The notes under the pieces: generated by a model
Databases searched by the model: none
The model's input: the letters and a program-made list of their open reading frames with translations, nothing else
What the model was told of the DNA's origin: nothing
Position numbers and translations under genes: made by a program
Source of the DNA: a bacterium
GTDB taxonomy: Bacteria; Margulisbacteria; Marinamargulisbacteria; GCA-2716485; JAYNIM01
Assembly (NCBI GenBank): GCA_038109055.1
Contig: JAYNIM010000001.1
Location: 199,045-263,044 of the forward strand
Length of the DNA stretch: 64,000 nt
Direction: 5' to 3'
In this document: in pieces, positions 10,696 to 21,402 of the stretch
Layout: every line of letters begins with the position of its first letter
Numbering within the stretch: the stretch's first letter is position 1

Positions 10696-11586
10696 TTAAA
10701 CATTTTGTAATATTTTTAGTCTATTTTTTACTTCTTTGCCTATGTCAGCTGGTGAATTTACAACAAAAATACCACATTTTTTCATGAATTCCATTTTAGC
10801 TTTTGCAGATTCATCTGCGCCAGATACGATTGCTCCAGCATGCCCCATTCTTCTTCCCGGAGGGGCTGTTTGACCAGCAATAAACCCAATGATTGGTTTT
10901 TTACAATGTTTTTGTGCATACTCGGCTGCTTCTATTTCCATATTGCCACCAATCTCACCGATCATCACGATGGCCTCTGTTTCTGGATCTGCTTCAAAAA
11001 GTGCTAAAAGGTCTTTCATTTTTGTGCCAATAATTGGGTCACCCCCTATTCCAACACAGGTGGACTGGCCTAAGCCTACTTCGCAGAGTTGATGTGCCGC
11101 TTCATAGGTTAAGGTACCTGATTTAGATATTAGGCCGACGCTGCCTTTTTGGGCGATAAACCCTGGCATAATACCTACTTTGGCTTCTCCCGGGGTTAAT
11201 ATTCCAGGACAATTTGGGCCAATTAAGCGAGACTTACTTTGCTTAACATATTCATTCGCTATTAGCATATCATTTACTGGTATGCCTTCTGTGATACAGA
11301 CGATAAGTTCTATTTCGGCTGAGGCAGCTTCCATAATGGCGTCTGCAGCAAATGGAGGTGGAACAAATATTAAGCTGACATTAGCCCCTGTTTTTTCTCG
11401 TGCTTCTTTGCAGGAGTTAAAAACGGGGACTTTGCCATCTAATGCCATTTGTCCGCCTTTACCAGGTGTGACGCCACCTACGACATTTCCTGCATATTCT
11501 AGACATTGTTCGGCATGGTAAGATCCTTCTGATCCTGTGATTCCTTGAACAATTATTTTTGAGTCTTTGTTTGCTAATATTGACAT
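10696..11586 (-). CDS. sucD: Succinyl-CoA synthetase alpha subunit
   Basis: [34 protein letters not shown]. Confidence 0.97.
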   Translation of the reverse strand: MSILANKDSKIIVQGITGSEGSYHAEQCLEYAGNVVGGVTPGKGGQMALDGKVPVFNSCKEAREKTGANVSLIFVPPPFAADAIMEAASAEIELIVCITEGIPVNDMLIANEYVKQSKSRLIGPNCPGILTPGEAKVGIMPGFIAQKGSVGLISKSGTLTYEAAHQLCEVGLGQSTCVGIGGDPIIGTKMKDLLALFEADPETEAIVMIGEIGGNMEIEAAEYAQKHCKKPIIGFIAGQTAPPGRRMGHAGAIVSGADESAKAKMEFMKKCGIFVVNSPADIGKEVKNRLKILQNV

Positions 11587-11587
11587 G

Positions 11588-12775
11588 TTATACCGCCTTT
11601 TTTACCTTTGTTGCTTCTACGACTGCTTCTGCAGCTTCTTCTAATGTACTTGCAGGAATGATTTTTAGGCCCGATTCTTTTAGGATTTCTTTGGCTATTT
11701 CTGCATTTGTTCCTGCTAATCTAACCACAACGGGTACTTTTAATCCGAGTTCCTCTACGGCTTTGACAATGCCATTTGCCACACGGTCACAACGAACAAT
11801 TCCGCCAAATATATTGATTAAGACAGCTTTGACTTTGTCATCTGATAGGATGATCCGGAAGCCGTTTTTGACGGTTTCAACGTTAGCCCCACCTCCTACA
11901 TCTAAAAAGTTAGCGGGTTCTCCACCTTTTAATTTGATGATGTCCATGGTCGCCATGGCCAAACCTGCTCCATTGACCATACAGCCCACGTTTCCATCTA
12001 ATTTGATGTAGTTAAGATTGAATTTAGAGGCCTCTACTTCTGTTGGATCTTCTTCGTTCAAATCACGCATTTCCGCTATTTTCTTTTGTCTGTATAGGGC
12101 GTTCGCATCGAAATTGAATTTCGCGTCTAAGGCAATAAGATTACCTTGTTTAGTTAGAACGAGAGGGTTGATTTCGGCAATGCTGGCGTCTGTTTTTACG
12201 TAACAGTTGTACAAGGCCATAATAAGTTTAATCCCTTGCTTAAGGGCATTTCCTTCAAGTCCCAGACCTTGAGCTACTTCTCTGGCTTGATAGCCTTGAA
12301 TGCCAAAATTTGATTTGACCCATACTTTAATGATTTTTTCAGGTGTTTTAGCGGCAACTTCTTCGATGTCTACGCCACCTTCAGTTGAGGCCATGATGAC
12401 ATTGGCTTCCTTACTGCGATCTAAGGTAATAGCGATATAATATTCTTTGTCTATGTCGATGGCTTCCGTGACCATTATTGTATTTACTTTTTGGCCTTCT
12501 GCACCTGTTTGATGAGTTACTAGGTTCATTCCCAATATGTCTTCGATGTTTTTTAAAGCGGATTCTGCATCTGGAGAAAATTTAACTCCCCCACCTTTTC
12601 CTCGTCCACCGGCATGAATTTGGGCTTTGACAACGTATTCACTACAGTTATATTTTTCGCTTACCTTTTTTAATGTTTCTTTCGACTGATTGAGATCGGT
12701 TAATATACATCCTCCTTGGATTGGGATATTACTTTCTTCTAAAATATCTTTTGCTTGGTATTCGTGTATTTTCAT
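11588..12775 (-). CDS. sucC: Succinyl-CoA synthetase beta subunit
   Basis: [44 protein letters not shown]. Confidence 0.97.
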   Translation of the reverse strand: MKIHEYQAKDILEESNIPIQGGCILTDLNQSKETLKKVSEKYNCSEYVVKAQIHAGGRGKGGGVKFSPDAESALKNIEDILGMNLVTHQTGAEGQKVNTIMVTEAIDIDKEYYIAITLDRSKEANVIMASTEGGVDIEEVAAKTPEKIIKVWVKSNFGIQGYQAREVAQGLGLEGNALKQGIKLIMALYNCYVKTDASIAEINPLVLTKQGNLIALDAKFNFDANALYRQKKIAEMRDLNEEDPTEVEASKFNLNYIKLDGNVGCMVNGAGLAMATMDIIKLKGGEPANFLDVGGGANVETVKNGFRIILSDDKVKAVLINIFGGIVRCDRVANGIVKAVEELGLKVPVVVRLAGTNAEIAKEILKESGLKIIPASTLEEAAEAVVEATKVKKAV

Positions 12776-12989
12776 AGCTATTAACTTTAGCTAATGTTTC
12801 GCTTTTCGTAAAGTTTTCTGCTTAAACTATCTTTGAAAATATCTTTGCCCAAGATATTTTTATTTTCGGCTTATACTATTTTCTTCAGGTATTAAAACAT
12901 AGGTATATAGCGTTTATTTTTGAGGCGTTGATGTATCACAGACCGGATTAGCATACATTTAACAATGAAGTAGAAAATAAACTTTTTAT

Positions 12990-13940
12990 TTATGCTCTTT
13001 TTGAGATGTAATCGAGACTTTTTTTTAAGTTTTTGATTAGTTTTTTTGAACTTAATTTTTCAATAAGTGAATGTGTCTCGTTAAGGTGGATTTGTAGATG
13101 TTTTTGGCATTTTTCTATAATTTGATGTTTATTAAATTCAGCTTGAATTTCTTTGTGTTTTAGATTTGAAAGCTCTTTTTTGTTGTATGTATTTTTTTCT
13201 TTAAAATATAGGATAAAGGGATAGGTTAATTGGCCATTGATTAAATCTTGAAAGGTCTCTTTTTTTAATTTTTTATCTGTATCTGATATATCTAAGATGT
13301 CATCACATAGTTGATATAAAAAACCAATTCGTTTTCCAATTTTTTTGAGTAGGTTTTGTTCGTTTGTTGATTGATCTGCAATATAGCTCCCTAACCAGGT
13401 TGCTGCACTAAATAACGCGCCTGTTTTGTAGTATAAAATTTTGTAGTAACGTAATAATGATATTTTGTCTTTTTTTCTATCTTCTAATTGATACAGCTCT
13501 CCATGACACATGTTTTGTACGACTTTTGTAAAGTATCCTAGTGCTGTATTGTCGTTTGCTTGGTGAATGAGATTGAGTGCATTTGAATAAACAAAGGTCC
13601 CTAATGCGACGGCATTACTATTGTTCCATTTTGTATTTAAGGTTTCATTATTTCGTCGGGTATTAGCATTATCTATGACATCATCGTGAATTAAAGATGC
13701 AAGATGGACCAATTCTATTGCTGAACTTAATATATATAATTTTTTTGGGGGATGTTCTGATTTGCTATAATTACGATACGTTACGAGACTTATAAGAGGT
13801 CTTAGTTGTTTCCCCGTGTCTGTTAGTATATGGTCTATATAATTTTTTTGGCTATGTTTAATTTTTTTGTATAGAGTCTTGTGAATGATCTCATTGATAC
13901 TTTTTAAGTCATGACTGTATTTTTTTTTTATTTGGAACAT
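12990..13940 (-). CDS. Polyprenyl diphosphate synthase
   Basis: GKQLRP, HLASLIHDDVID..RR, KTG, QLCDDILD. Confidence 0.9.
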   Translation of the reverse strand: MFQIKKKYSHDLKSINEIIHKTLYKKIKHSQKNYIDHILTDTGKQLRPLISLVTYRNYSKSEHPPKKLYILSSAIELVHLASLIHDDVIDNANTRRNNETLNTKWNNSNAVALGTFVYSNALNLIHQANDNTALGYFTKVVQNMCHGELYQLEDRKKDKISLLRYYKILYYKTGALFSAATWLGSYIADQSTNEQNLLKKIGKRIGFLYQLCDDILDISDTDKKLKKETFQDLINGQLTYPFILYFKEKNTYNKKELSNLKHKEIQAEFNKHQIIEKCQKHLQIHLNETHSLIEKLSSKKLIKNLKKSLDYISKRA

Positions 13941-15055
13941 GTTGTCTCTATATTATAGAAGTCTTTGATTATTTCGTTAATATTAACATATTTTTTTACT
14001 AAGTTTTTAATCGTTTCTATTTTTTCAGATTCTTCATGTTTTAGTTTTATTAATAAGGTATTTATTTTTTTTGTCACTTTATATGAACTTTTCTTGATGA
14101 AGACGCTAGGTGTGTTTGTTTCTTTAATTATTTTTATCACATCTGATTTCGGTCTTTCATTCCCTGTGAATATTATTCCACTCAAATATTTGTTTTTGTC
14201 TTTTCTATTTATTTTATCTAGTAGTGCTGTCATGATGAGGCCTTCTCTATTTGATGGCACGATTAGTAAGGTGTTTTCCATCAATGCATCAAAAATATCA
14301 TGAGGGTTCATATCCCCTATAATGACATGGTCTATTTTATTTAATAACTTTTCCTCTCCACTTAAAATATTGACATTAAATGATTCAAAAATACTTCCTA
14401 TTGTGGGTTTCATTAGGTCGTCTATGTAAGGGATATATCCATAGATTTTTAGGCCTTTATTACTAAAAAAGGTTTCTAATGCGGGTTTTATTTTTTGTAG
14501 CTGACCTTGGTTAACTTTATTGATAATAATTCCTTTTACAGGTGCTTTTTCTAGATCAAATAATGCTTTATTTAACATTATTTCGTCGATGCTTCGCCCT
14601 ATTCCAGCTAATGTGACTAATAGTGTTTTTGCCTTTAGTGTTTTTGCTGTTGTTGCATTTGAGAGTTCTAATACGCTTCCCACTCCTGCATGTCCGGTAC
14701 CTTCTATGAGCAGGTGGCTATGTTTTTTTAATAAGGCATCTTTTGCGTTGATTATTTTTTTTTTTAGATTCTCTTTGTTATTGTTTAATATAGCTGTTTT
14801 TGTAAATCCTTTTTCTACTGCTATTGGGTTTATGTGCTCAAGGTCATCATTCAGTTTAAATACTTTTTGAAATAATACGGCATCTTTGTCAATTTTTTTA
14901 TTTTCCATCATTTTGTATTCTTGGCCGATGGGTTTCATGTAGCCTAAATTAGATAAATTTTCTGATAGTGCCTGGTATAGCCCTAATGACACCAAGGTTT
15001 TTCCGTCGTTTTGTCTTGTTGCTGCTATGAATAAGGTTTTATTTTCGTTAGTCAT
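13928..15055 (-). CDS. Phosphotransacetylase N-terminal-like protein (BioD-like P-loop + DRTGG domain), no catalytic Pta domain
   Basis: QNDGKTLVSLG, GYMKPIG, LIEGTGHAGVGS, IINKV. Confidence 0.75.
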   Translation of the reverse strand: MTNENKTLFIAATRQNDGKTLVSLGLYQALSENLSNLGYMKPIGQEYKMMENKKIDKDAVLFQKVFKLNDDLEHINPIAVEKGFTKTAILNNNKENLKKKIINAKDALLKKHSHLLIEGTGHAGVGSVLELSNATTAKTLKAKTLLVTLAGIGRSIDEIMLNKALFDLEKAPVKGIIINKVNQGQLQKIKPALETFFSNKGLKIYGYIPYIDDLMKPTIGSIFESFNVNILSGEEKLLNKIDHVIIGDMNPHDIFDALMENTLLIVPSNREGLIMTALLDKINRKDKNKYLSGIIFTGNERPKSDVIKIIKETNTPSVFIKKSSYKVTKKINTLLIKLKHEESEKIETIKNLVKKYVNINEIIKDFYNIETTCSK

Positions 15056-15143
15056 ATCTTTTTTAATAGTAAGATGACTTTATTTATATCTCAAGCTTTT
15101 GTTGTTTAGCTGTTTAAGATCGTTTATTCTAAGATTAGGCTTT

Positions 15144-16454
15144 ATGTTCATTAAATATCTATTTATTCGTTTATTTTTTGTATTTTTTGGGATTGTTCTC
15201 CTTGGAGGATGTTCAGGTCATGATGTTACGACTAAGGCTTATTATCAGTCTAAAGCTTTTCAAAATAAAGTATTGATCCCAGGTACATATCATCGCGTGT
15301 TATATCGTTCTTTTTATAAAAAATATTTTAATCCCTGGTCTTCAAACCCTATTCTGATTAAAGCGAAGCAATTGGCGTATGATTTTGATTATTTTGCAGC
15401 TAAACCGGGATTTAATGAGGCTAAAACAAAGAGAAAGTCTGTTTGGTATAAGACTTTAAAACACTCGGCTAATTTGGCCACTTTTCCTAATCATCAACGA
15501 AGAGCTATTACAATTAAAAATACCGCATTAAGAAAGTTACCAACTAAAAAACCACATTATGAGGATATTTATAATAATGCGAATGATCACCCTATTGATC
15601 TTTTTCAAAACTCACATTTAGCAGCTAATTTACCTGTTTTAATACTTCATGTGACCCGAAATAATGATTGGGCCTATGTGTATGCTGGATATGCCAGTGG
15701 ATGGGTTCCTATTGATGATTTAGCGTATGTAAGTGATGATTTTGTTAAGAAGTTTAAAAATTTTAAAACTTTTGTAAGTGTTGTTAATGAAAAAACAGCG
15801 GTATATAGTTCAAGAAAGCATTTCGAATATTATGCGAATATCGGTATGGTGTTTCCCACTCATAAACATTCAAAGAATCGTTATTATGTTAAAATTGCGC
15901 GTTCTAATAAGCAGCGACAAGCATATTTGCTAGAAGCATATTTTGAAAAACAATCAGCGGTTAAGCAACCTTATTTATTAACCCCTAAACGGGTTAAGTT
16001 ATTGTCTGAGCGGTTGTTAGATCAGCCCTATGGTTGGGGGGGATTATATGAGAATAGAGATTGTTCATCATTGGTACGCGATTTATTTATTCCGTTTGGT
16101 ATTTATCTTCCTCGAAATTCTAAATCACAAGCTAAAAAAGGGGGTGTTTATATTGATTTTGAGCAATTATCTCCTAAAGAAAAAGAAATGTTTGTGATTA
16201 AAAATGCAGTTCCCTATGTGACGTTATTGTGGCTGCCTGGGCATATAATGTTATATGTCGGAGTCGAAAATGGTCGTGCGATGGTGTTGCATAATTTATG
16301 GGGTGTTCGCAGTAAAGATTTATTAAAGAGAAAAATTGTGGGGAAGGTTTTGGTTTCTACTTTAGAGCCAGAGAATATGTTTGAGTCCTATGATAAAAAA
16401 ATGACGTTGCTTAAGCGTTTAGAGGGGATGAGCGTCTTGGTTCCTAGATATTAA
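15144..16454 (+). CDS. NlpC/P60 (C40) peptidoglycan peptidase lipoprotein with SH3-like domain
   Basis: LGGC lipobox, PYGWGG..RDCSS, LPRNS, GHIMLYVG. Confidence 0.85.
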   Translation: MFIKYLFIRLFFVFFGIVLLGGCSGHDVTTKAYYQSKAFQNKVLIPGTYHRVLYRSFYKKYFNPWSSNPILIKAKQLAYDFDYFAAKPGFNEAKTKRKSVWYKTLKHSANLATFPNHQRRAITIKNTALRKLPTKKPHYEDIYNNANDHPIDLFQNSHLAANLPVLILHVTRNNDWAYVYAGYASGWVPIDDLAYVSDDFVKKFKNFKTFVSVVNEKTAVYSSRKHFEYYANIGMVFPTHKHSKNRYYVKIARSNKQRQAYLLEAYFEKQSAVKQPYLLTPKRVKLLSERLLDQPYGWGGLYENRDCSSLVRDLFIPFGIYLPRNSKSQAKKGGVYIDFEQLSPKEKEMFVIKNAVPYVTLLWLPGHIMLYVGVENGRAMVLHNLWGVRSKDLLKRKIVGKVLVSTLEPENMFESYDKKMTLLKRLEGMSVLVPRY

Positions 16455-16522
16455 TTTGCTTGGGTTTTTGTCTTATTTTGCAACTTTCTTAGGATTCTTT
16501 AAGAGATAAGTTTATGATGGTT

Positions 16523-17056
16523 TTATTTTATTGGGTATTGAGCATACATTTTGAGAATCTCTTTTTTTAATTTTATTTTAATTATATCTATGTCATATTT
16601 TTTATTACTTTCTATAAAAAGTGAGGTTGCAGCATGTTTAATTTCCTCTGGGAAAGTTTGTTGATTAATATTTATGCCAATGCCGATAATTTGAAATTTA
16701 TTTTTGTTAATTATACAGTTTTCTACTAATATTCCTGCACATTTTTTATTATTTAAAATGATGTCGTTAGGCCATTCTATTTCTGTTTTATGTTGACTTT
16801 CTGTGTAGATTATTTCTTTGACTATTTTTGCAATGCGTACGGTTATATTTTCTATTTGTATATCTTTAAACGAGTCTAATTTATAGGCCAGTGAAAAATA
16901 TAGTCCTCCCGGCTCTGAATACCAGTACTTATTGTATGTGCCTCTCCCTTTTGATTGTGTATCTGCGGTTATTAGTAGATAGGAGGTCGTTATTTCTTTT
17001 AATAGGTCCTTGATGACGTCTGAGGTTGAGGTTACCTCTGTCATGTGTTTTTCCAT
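16523..17056 (-). CDS. birA: Biotin--acetyl-CoA-carboxylase ligase, catalytic core only
   Basis: ADTQSKGRG, GLYFS, WPNDI..KKCAGILVE, IGIGININ. Confidence 0.85.
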   Translation of the reverse strand: MEKHMTEVTSTSDVIKDLLKEITTSYLLITADTQSKGRGTYNKYWYSEPGGLYFSLAYKLDSFKDIQIENITVRIAKIVKEIIYTESQHKTEIEWPNDIILNNKKCAGILVENCIINKNKFQIIGIGININQQTFPEEIKHAATSLFIESNKKYDIDIIKIKLKKEILKMYAQYPIK

Positions 17057-17061
17057 GTCGC

Positions 17062-18111
17062 TTATACGAAGGGTAGCTGTGTTTCTTTTGCTTTAATTTT
17101 ATCTTTTCTGATTTGTATGGATATATTTGTGTAGGACTGATTTTTTATCCGTGCTAAAGCGATACTTTTATTGCTTGATGGAGAGAGTGTGCCAGAGGTG
17201 ACGGTGCCAATTTTTTCGTTGTTACTTAAGACAGGGTATCCTTGGCGAGCTATTTTGGGTTCTTCTAGTTCCAAGGCGATTATTTTTGTTTTTGGTCCGT
17301 CTTCTTTTTGCTTTAATAGGGTTTTTTTCCCTATGTAACTGTGATCCCATTTTACTACCCACGCATAGTGTGTTTCTAAGGGGGTTATTTCTTCTGAAAG
17401 TTCATGGCCGTATAGAGGAAAGCCTTTTTCTAAACGTAGTATATCTCTTGAAGTTAATCCGCAGTTTGTTGCGCCATATGTATTGCAACTTTCCCAGAAT
17501 TCTTTTGCTAAGTCATTTTCTATTAGAATTTCAAAGCCGTCTTCTCCTGTATATCCGCTTCTAGATATCCATAGGGCTTTATTTTTGTATGCATAGTGAT
17601 TTAAGGTCATGGATTTGTGTGTAGTTAATTCGTGTTGGATGGTCTTGGATAGTATAGTAGCACTTTTTGGTCCTTGTATGGCGATCAGGCTATGAGTGTC
17701 ATTGTATTCAGTTACTGTGTTTTCTGGAGGTAATTTTTGATGAAGCCAATGGATTATCTTTTCTCTGTTGCTTGCATTTATGATTAAAAGCCATTTGTTT
17801 GTTGTGACATAGGTGATCATGCAATCGTCTAATATTTGTCCTTCTTCATTTAAAATCATGCTGTATGTTTGCTTTGTTTTATTGAGTCTATTGCTACATA
17901 GTGTTTGGAGGTTTTTGCTTATATTTACTCCCTCTACATATACGATGCCCATGTGTGAAACATCGAATATTCCACAGTGTTTTCTGACACTTTGATGTTC
18001 TTCTTTAACTCCCTTATACCATAAGGGCATGTCATAGCCAGCAAAGGATGACATTCGTGCGTTGTTTCTTATATGAAGTGGATACAATTCTGTACGTTTA
18101 TTATTTTTCAA
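17062..18111 (-). CDS. gcvT: Glycine cleavage system aminomethyltransferase T
   Basis: FAGYDMPLWY, FDVSHMG, IAIQGP, SRSGYTGEDGFE, RLEKG. Confidence 0.93.
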   Translation of the reverse strand: MKNNKRTELYPLHIRNNARMSSFAGYDMPLWYKGVKEEHQSVRKHCGIFDVSHMGIVYVEGVNISKNLQTLCSNRLNKTKQTYSMILNEEGQILDDCMITYVTTNKWLLIINASNREKIIHWLHQKLPPENTVTEYNDTHSLIAIQGPKSATILSKTIQHELTTHKSMTLNHYAYKNKALWISRSGYTGEDGFEILIENDLAKEFWESCNTYGATNCGLTSRDILRLEKGFPLYGHELSEEITPLETHYAWVVKWDHSYIGKKTLLKQKEDGPKTKIIALELEEPKIARQGYPVLSNNEKIGTVTSGTLSPSSNKSIALARIKNQSYTNISIQIRKDKIKAKETQLPFV

Positions 18112-19192
18112 GATATATCTCTTTAAGTTTTGTTATAAAGTACTGGTTTTGTTTCGCTAAGCCTATGCTTACGCGTATATAGTTTGGGAGGCCGAATGAC
18201 TGTAAATGTCGGATAATGATCCCTTTTTCTTCAAGTTTGGATGTGATTTTATAGGCGTTTTCTTTTAAATTTAGGCATATAAAGTTTGCGTGGCTGGGTA
18301 TGATTTGTATATTTAGTTCTGCTAGTTCTTTGTACATATTTTGTTTTTCAAGATGATTATTTGCGAGTGTTTTTTTGATGAATATATCGTCTTCTAAGGC
18401 TATTTCAGCTGCTTTTAGAGCTAGGCTGTTGACGTTAAAAGGTTGCTTTACTTTTTTTAGATTGCTAATTATTTCTTTTGAGGCTATACCATAGCCTATT
18501 CTGAAACCAGCTAATCCATATGCTTTAGAGAACGTTTGTAGATATAAGATATTGGGATATTTCTTTAAGTAGTTAGGGATAATAGGTTTATCCGTTCTTT
18601 GATCAAATTCATTATAGGCTCCGTCAAGGATTATTAACGTGGTTTTGGGGATTTTGGAGAGGAATTTTTCAAGGTTTTCGGCTGAAACACTTGTTCCTGT
18701 AGGATTATTTGGAAGTGCTAAACAAACACAGCTTTTAGGAGTTTCTTGGCAGGTTTGGGCTATTTTTTCTAAGTCATGTTCGTAGTGATTTGTTAAGGGA
18801 ATTTCGATATAAGGACTTTCTCTTAGTTGACTGATAAACTTGTATTGAGAAAAGCTATGTTTGGATGAGATAACGCTGGTGTTTTTATTTAAATAGCCTA
18901 AGGCGGCTATTTGTAGTATTTCATCACTACCGTTTCCAATTATTAGGTTTTCTTTATCTATAGAAAATGTTTGGCTTAGTTTTTCAATTAAGTTGCTGTT
19001 TTCAATATCTGGATACTCATGAGCGTATTGAAGTATTGTTTCTATGTTTTTATTCTTTATTGGAGAGCCGTATGGATTTTCGTTTGAACATAATTTTATT
19101 ATCTTGTCTGAGTTGTTAATAAAGGATTGTCGAGATTTACCTGCTTTGTAGGCCTTTATACTTTTAATAAACTCATTGCTTTTTAGACTCAT
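18101..19192 (-). CDS. hisC: Histidinol-phosphate aminotransferase
   Basis: KLCSNENPYG, GNGSDEI, PNNPTG, TFSKAYGLAGFRIGY. Confidence 0.92.
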   Translation of the reverse strand: MSLKSNEFIKSIKAYKAGKSRQSFINNSDKIIKLCSNENPYGSPIKNKNIETILQYAHEYPDIENSNLIEKLSQTFSIDKENLIIGNGSDEILQIAALGYLNKNTSVISSKHSFSQYKFISQLRESPYIEIPLTNHYEHDLEKIAQTCQETPKSCVCLALPNNPTGTSVSAENLEKFLSKIPKTTLIILDGAYNEFDQRTDKPIIPNYLKKYPNILYLQTFSKAYGLAGFRIGYGIASKEIISNLKKVKQPFNVNSLALKAAEIALEDDIFIKKTLANNHLEKQNMYKELAELNIQIIPSHANFICLNLKENAYKITSKLEEKGIIIRHLQSFGLPNYIRVSIGLAKQNQYFITKLKEIYLEK

Positions 19193-19344
19193 ATTTTTAG
19201 TTTAGCTTAGTCTTTCTCTGCTGTTAATAGACGATGATTTTAAATTCCATATTGTACATTAATGTTACTTCTTATTTTAAATATTACAAAAATGTCGTTT
19301 TTTTTATCTGTTTTACTGGCATAATTTGTGTAGATTAATTAAGT

Positions 19345-19683
19345 ATGAAATTTGTTCTTGTATTTCTATTTACAATATTTTGTAGTATACAAGTATATTC
19401 CTTTTCTGCTATGGATCTTGATTTAGCCGCTGAGGGTTATAATGGTAATGTTTTTGTTATTGGTACAAAAATTGTCAATGTTAGCTCTGCTATGAAAGCC
19501 AATTTAGGAATATCGCATGTTAGAGAACAAATTAACAATTTTCAGCACGATTTTTCGTTTCATGCTCCTCCTATAGCAGACGATTATGATGCAAATTCTT
19601 ATGATGTAGATGAGTCTTTAGATCAGGCGGATGTTGATCTGCAAACTTCTTCTAGTTTTTCTAGTTATTCAACTCGTTATTAA
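19345..19683 (+). CDS. Hypothetical exported protein
   Basis: Signal-peptide-like N-terminus, acidic/Ser-rich C-terminus. Confidence 0.5.
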   Translation: MKFVLVFLFTIFCSIQVYSFSAMDLDLAAEGYNGNVFVIGTKIVNVSSAMKANLGISHVREQINNFQHDFSFHAPPIADDYDANSYDVDESLDQADVDLQTSSSFSSYSTRY

Positions 19684-19721
19684 TTTGTTTACTTAGTATT
19701 TTTTCTTTAAACTGGATATAT

Positions 19722-20798
19722 ATGTCTAAGTGTTTCGTTTATAAAAAAAACTTTTCTTTGGTATCTGGATCGTCTTTGTCTGAATTTACACTTTCTTATG
19801 AGACGTATGGGGGTTTGAACAAAGATAAAACTAATTGCATTTTAATTTGTCCTGCCTTAACGGGAGATGCCTCTGTTTCAGATGGGGGTTGGTGGGATGG
19901 CGTTGTAGGGTCTGGTAAGGCTATTGATACGGATAAATATTTTGTCCTTTGTTCAGCTGTTTTGGGAAGTTGTAAAGGTTCTACAAATCCATGCTCTATT
20001 GATCCTAATACGGGAGAACCTTATGGGATTAACTTTCCATTGTTAACAATTGAAGATATGGTTCATGCCCAACGTAAATTATTGTCTTTTCTTGATATTG
20101 ATTCATTGTGTTTTGTTGTGGGTCCTTCTATGGGTGGAATGCAAGCTTTATTCTGGTCTATTTTATATCCAGATATGGTTAAGAATTGTATTGTTATAGC
20201 GTCTACAGCTAAATTTTCGCCCCAGGCATTGGCTTTTGGTACGGTAGGCCGTTCTGCTATTACCTATGATCCTGATTGGCGAGATGGGTCTTATACGACC
20301 TTTAACACTAGTCCTAAAAAAGGGTTGGCTATTGCGAGAATGATTGGGCATTTAACCTATTTATCAGCTCGTTCTATCGAGATGAAATTTGGACGTCGGT
20401 TTCAAAATAAAAAAGAGTTACATTATAATTTTTCTTCAGAATTTCAAATAGAAAGTTATTTGTCGTATCAAGGGGATAAATTTGTTAAAACTTTTGATGC
20501 AAATAGTTATTTGTATTTATCAAAAGCCATGAGTTATTTTGATTTGGATACGCAGTTTGGCGGTCTTGAAAATGCTTTTTCCCTCACTAAAGCAACTTTT
20601 CTTATCTTATCTATTGATACGGATTGGCTTTATCCGTCTTCATCTAGTCGATTAATGGCTAAACAATTAATGCGCTTAAATCGAGAAGTTACCTATGCAG
20701 AGGTAGTTTCTGATTATGGTCATGATGCGTTTTTAATTGAGCAAGATAAATTTTCCGAACTTATTTCTTCTTTTGTAATGGCTAGATGTGATGTTTAA
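19722..20798 (+). CDS. metX: Homoserine O-acetyltransferase
   Basis: YETYG, ALTGD, GPSMGGMQA, FDANSY, GHDAFL. Confidence 0.93.
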   Translation: MSKCFVYKKNFSLVSGSSLSEFTLSYETYGGLNKDKTNCILICPALTGDASVSDGGWWDGVVGSGKAIDTDKYFVLCSAVLGSCKGSTNPCSIDPNTGEPYGINFPLLTIEDMVHAQRKLLSFLDIDSLCFVVGPSMGGMQALFWSILYPDMVKNCIVIASTAKFSPQALAFGTVGRSAITYDPDWRDGSYTTFNTSPKKGLAIARMIGHLTYLSARSIEMKFGRRFQNKKELHYNFSSEFQIESYLSYQGDKFVKTFDANSYLYLSKAMSYFDLDTQFGGLENAFSLTKATFLILSIDTDWLYPSSSSRLMAKQLMRLNREVTYAEVVSDYGHDAFLIEQDKFSELISSFVMARCDV

Positions 20799-21402
20799 TT
20801 TATTAGATTATATTTCTGGTTTGATCTCAAGAAATTCAAGAGTGTTGGACTTAGGTTGTGGGGATGGGCGTTTATTAGGATATTTAAAATCTCACAATGA
20901 TATTATTGGTTATGGTATTGAAAAGAACTTAGATAATGTTAAGGTTTGTATTCGTGAAGGTCATAATGTTTTTCAAGGTGACTTAGATGAGTGTTTGTTA
21001 GAATTTAAAGATAATAGTTATGACGTGGCTATTCTCAGTTACACGTTGCAGGAAATTACGAAGCCTTTGGATGTTTTAAATGATATGTTGCGAGTAGCTA
21101 AGCGAAGTATTGTGATCTTTCCTAATTTTGCTTTTTGGAAGGCGCGTTTCTTTTTTCTTTTGGGTTTTGCGCCTAAATTTTCTCTTTTACCTTATGAATG
21201 GCATAATACGCCGAATATTCGTCTTATTACCATTAAAGATTTTAAGCATGTTTGCAAAGTTATGAACTATAAAATTGTTCATGAGAAGCATTTGTATTCT
21301 TCTTCTTTATTGCGGCGGTTTATGCCTTTGTGTTTTGGCAACTTTTTTTGCACACGGGTTTTATTTTGTCTTGAACAAGGAGATTCTAGTACTGATGCTT
21401 AG
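20788..21402 (+). CDS. metW: Methionine biosynthesis protein MetW
   Basis: VLDLGCGDG, FPNFA, LPYEWHNTPNIR; overlaps metX. Confidence 0.92.
   Translation: MMFNLLDYISGLISRNSRVLDLGCGDGRLLGYLKSHNDIIGYGIEKNLDNVKVCIREGHNVFQGDLDECLLEFKDNSYDVAILSYTLQEITKPLDVLNDMLRVAKRSIVIFPNFAFWKARFFFLLGFAPKFSLLPYEWHNTPNIRLITIKDFKHVCKVMNYKIVHEKHLYSSSLLRRFMPLCFGNFFCTRVLFCLEQGDSSTDA

Noticed and set aside
19683..19722. SAM riboswitch or T-box upstream of metX (also glycine riboswitch upstream of the AGCS gene)
   Set aside because: The intergenic gaps are short, AT-rich and lack the conserved motifs
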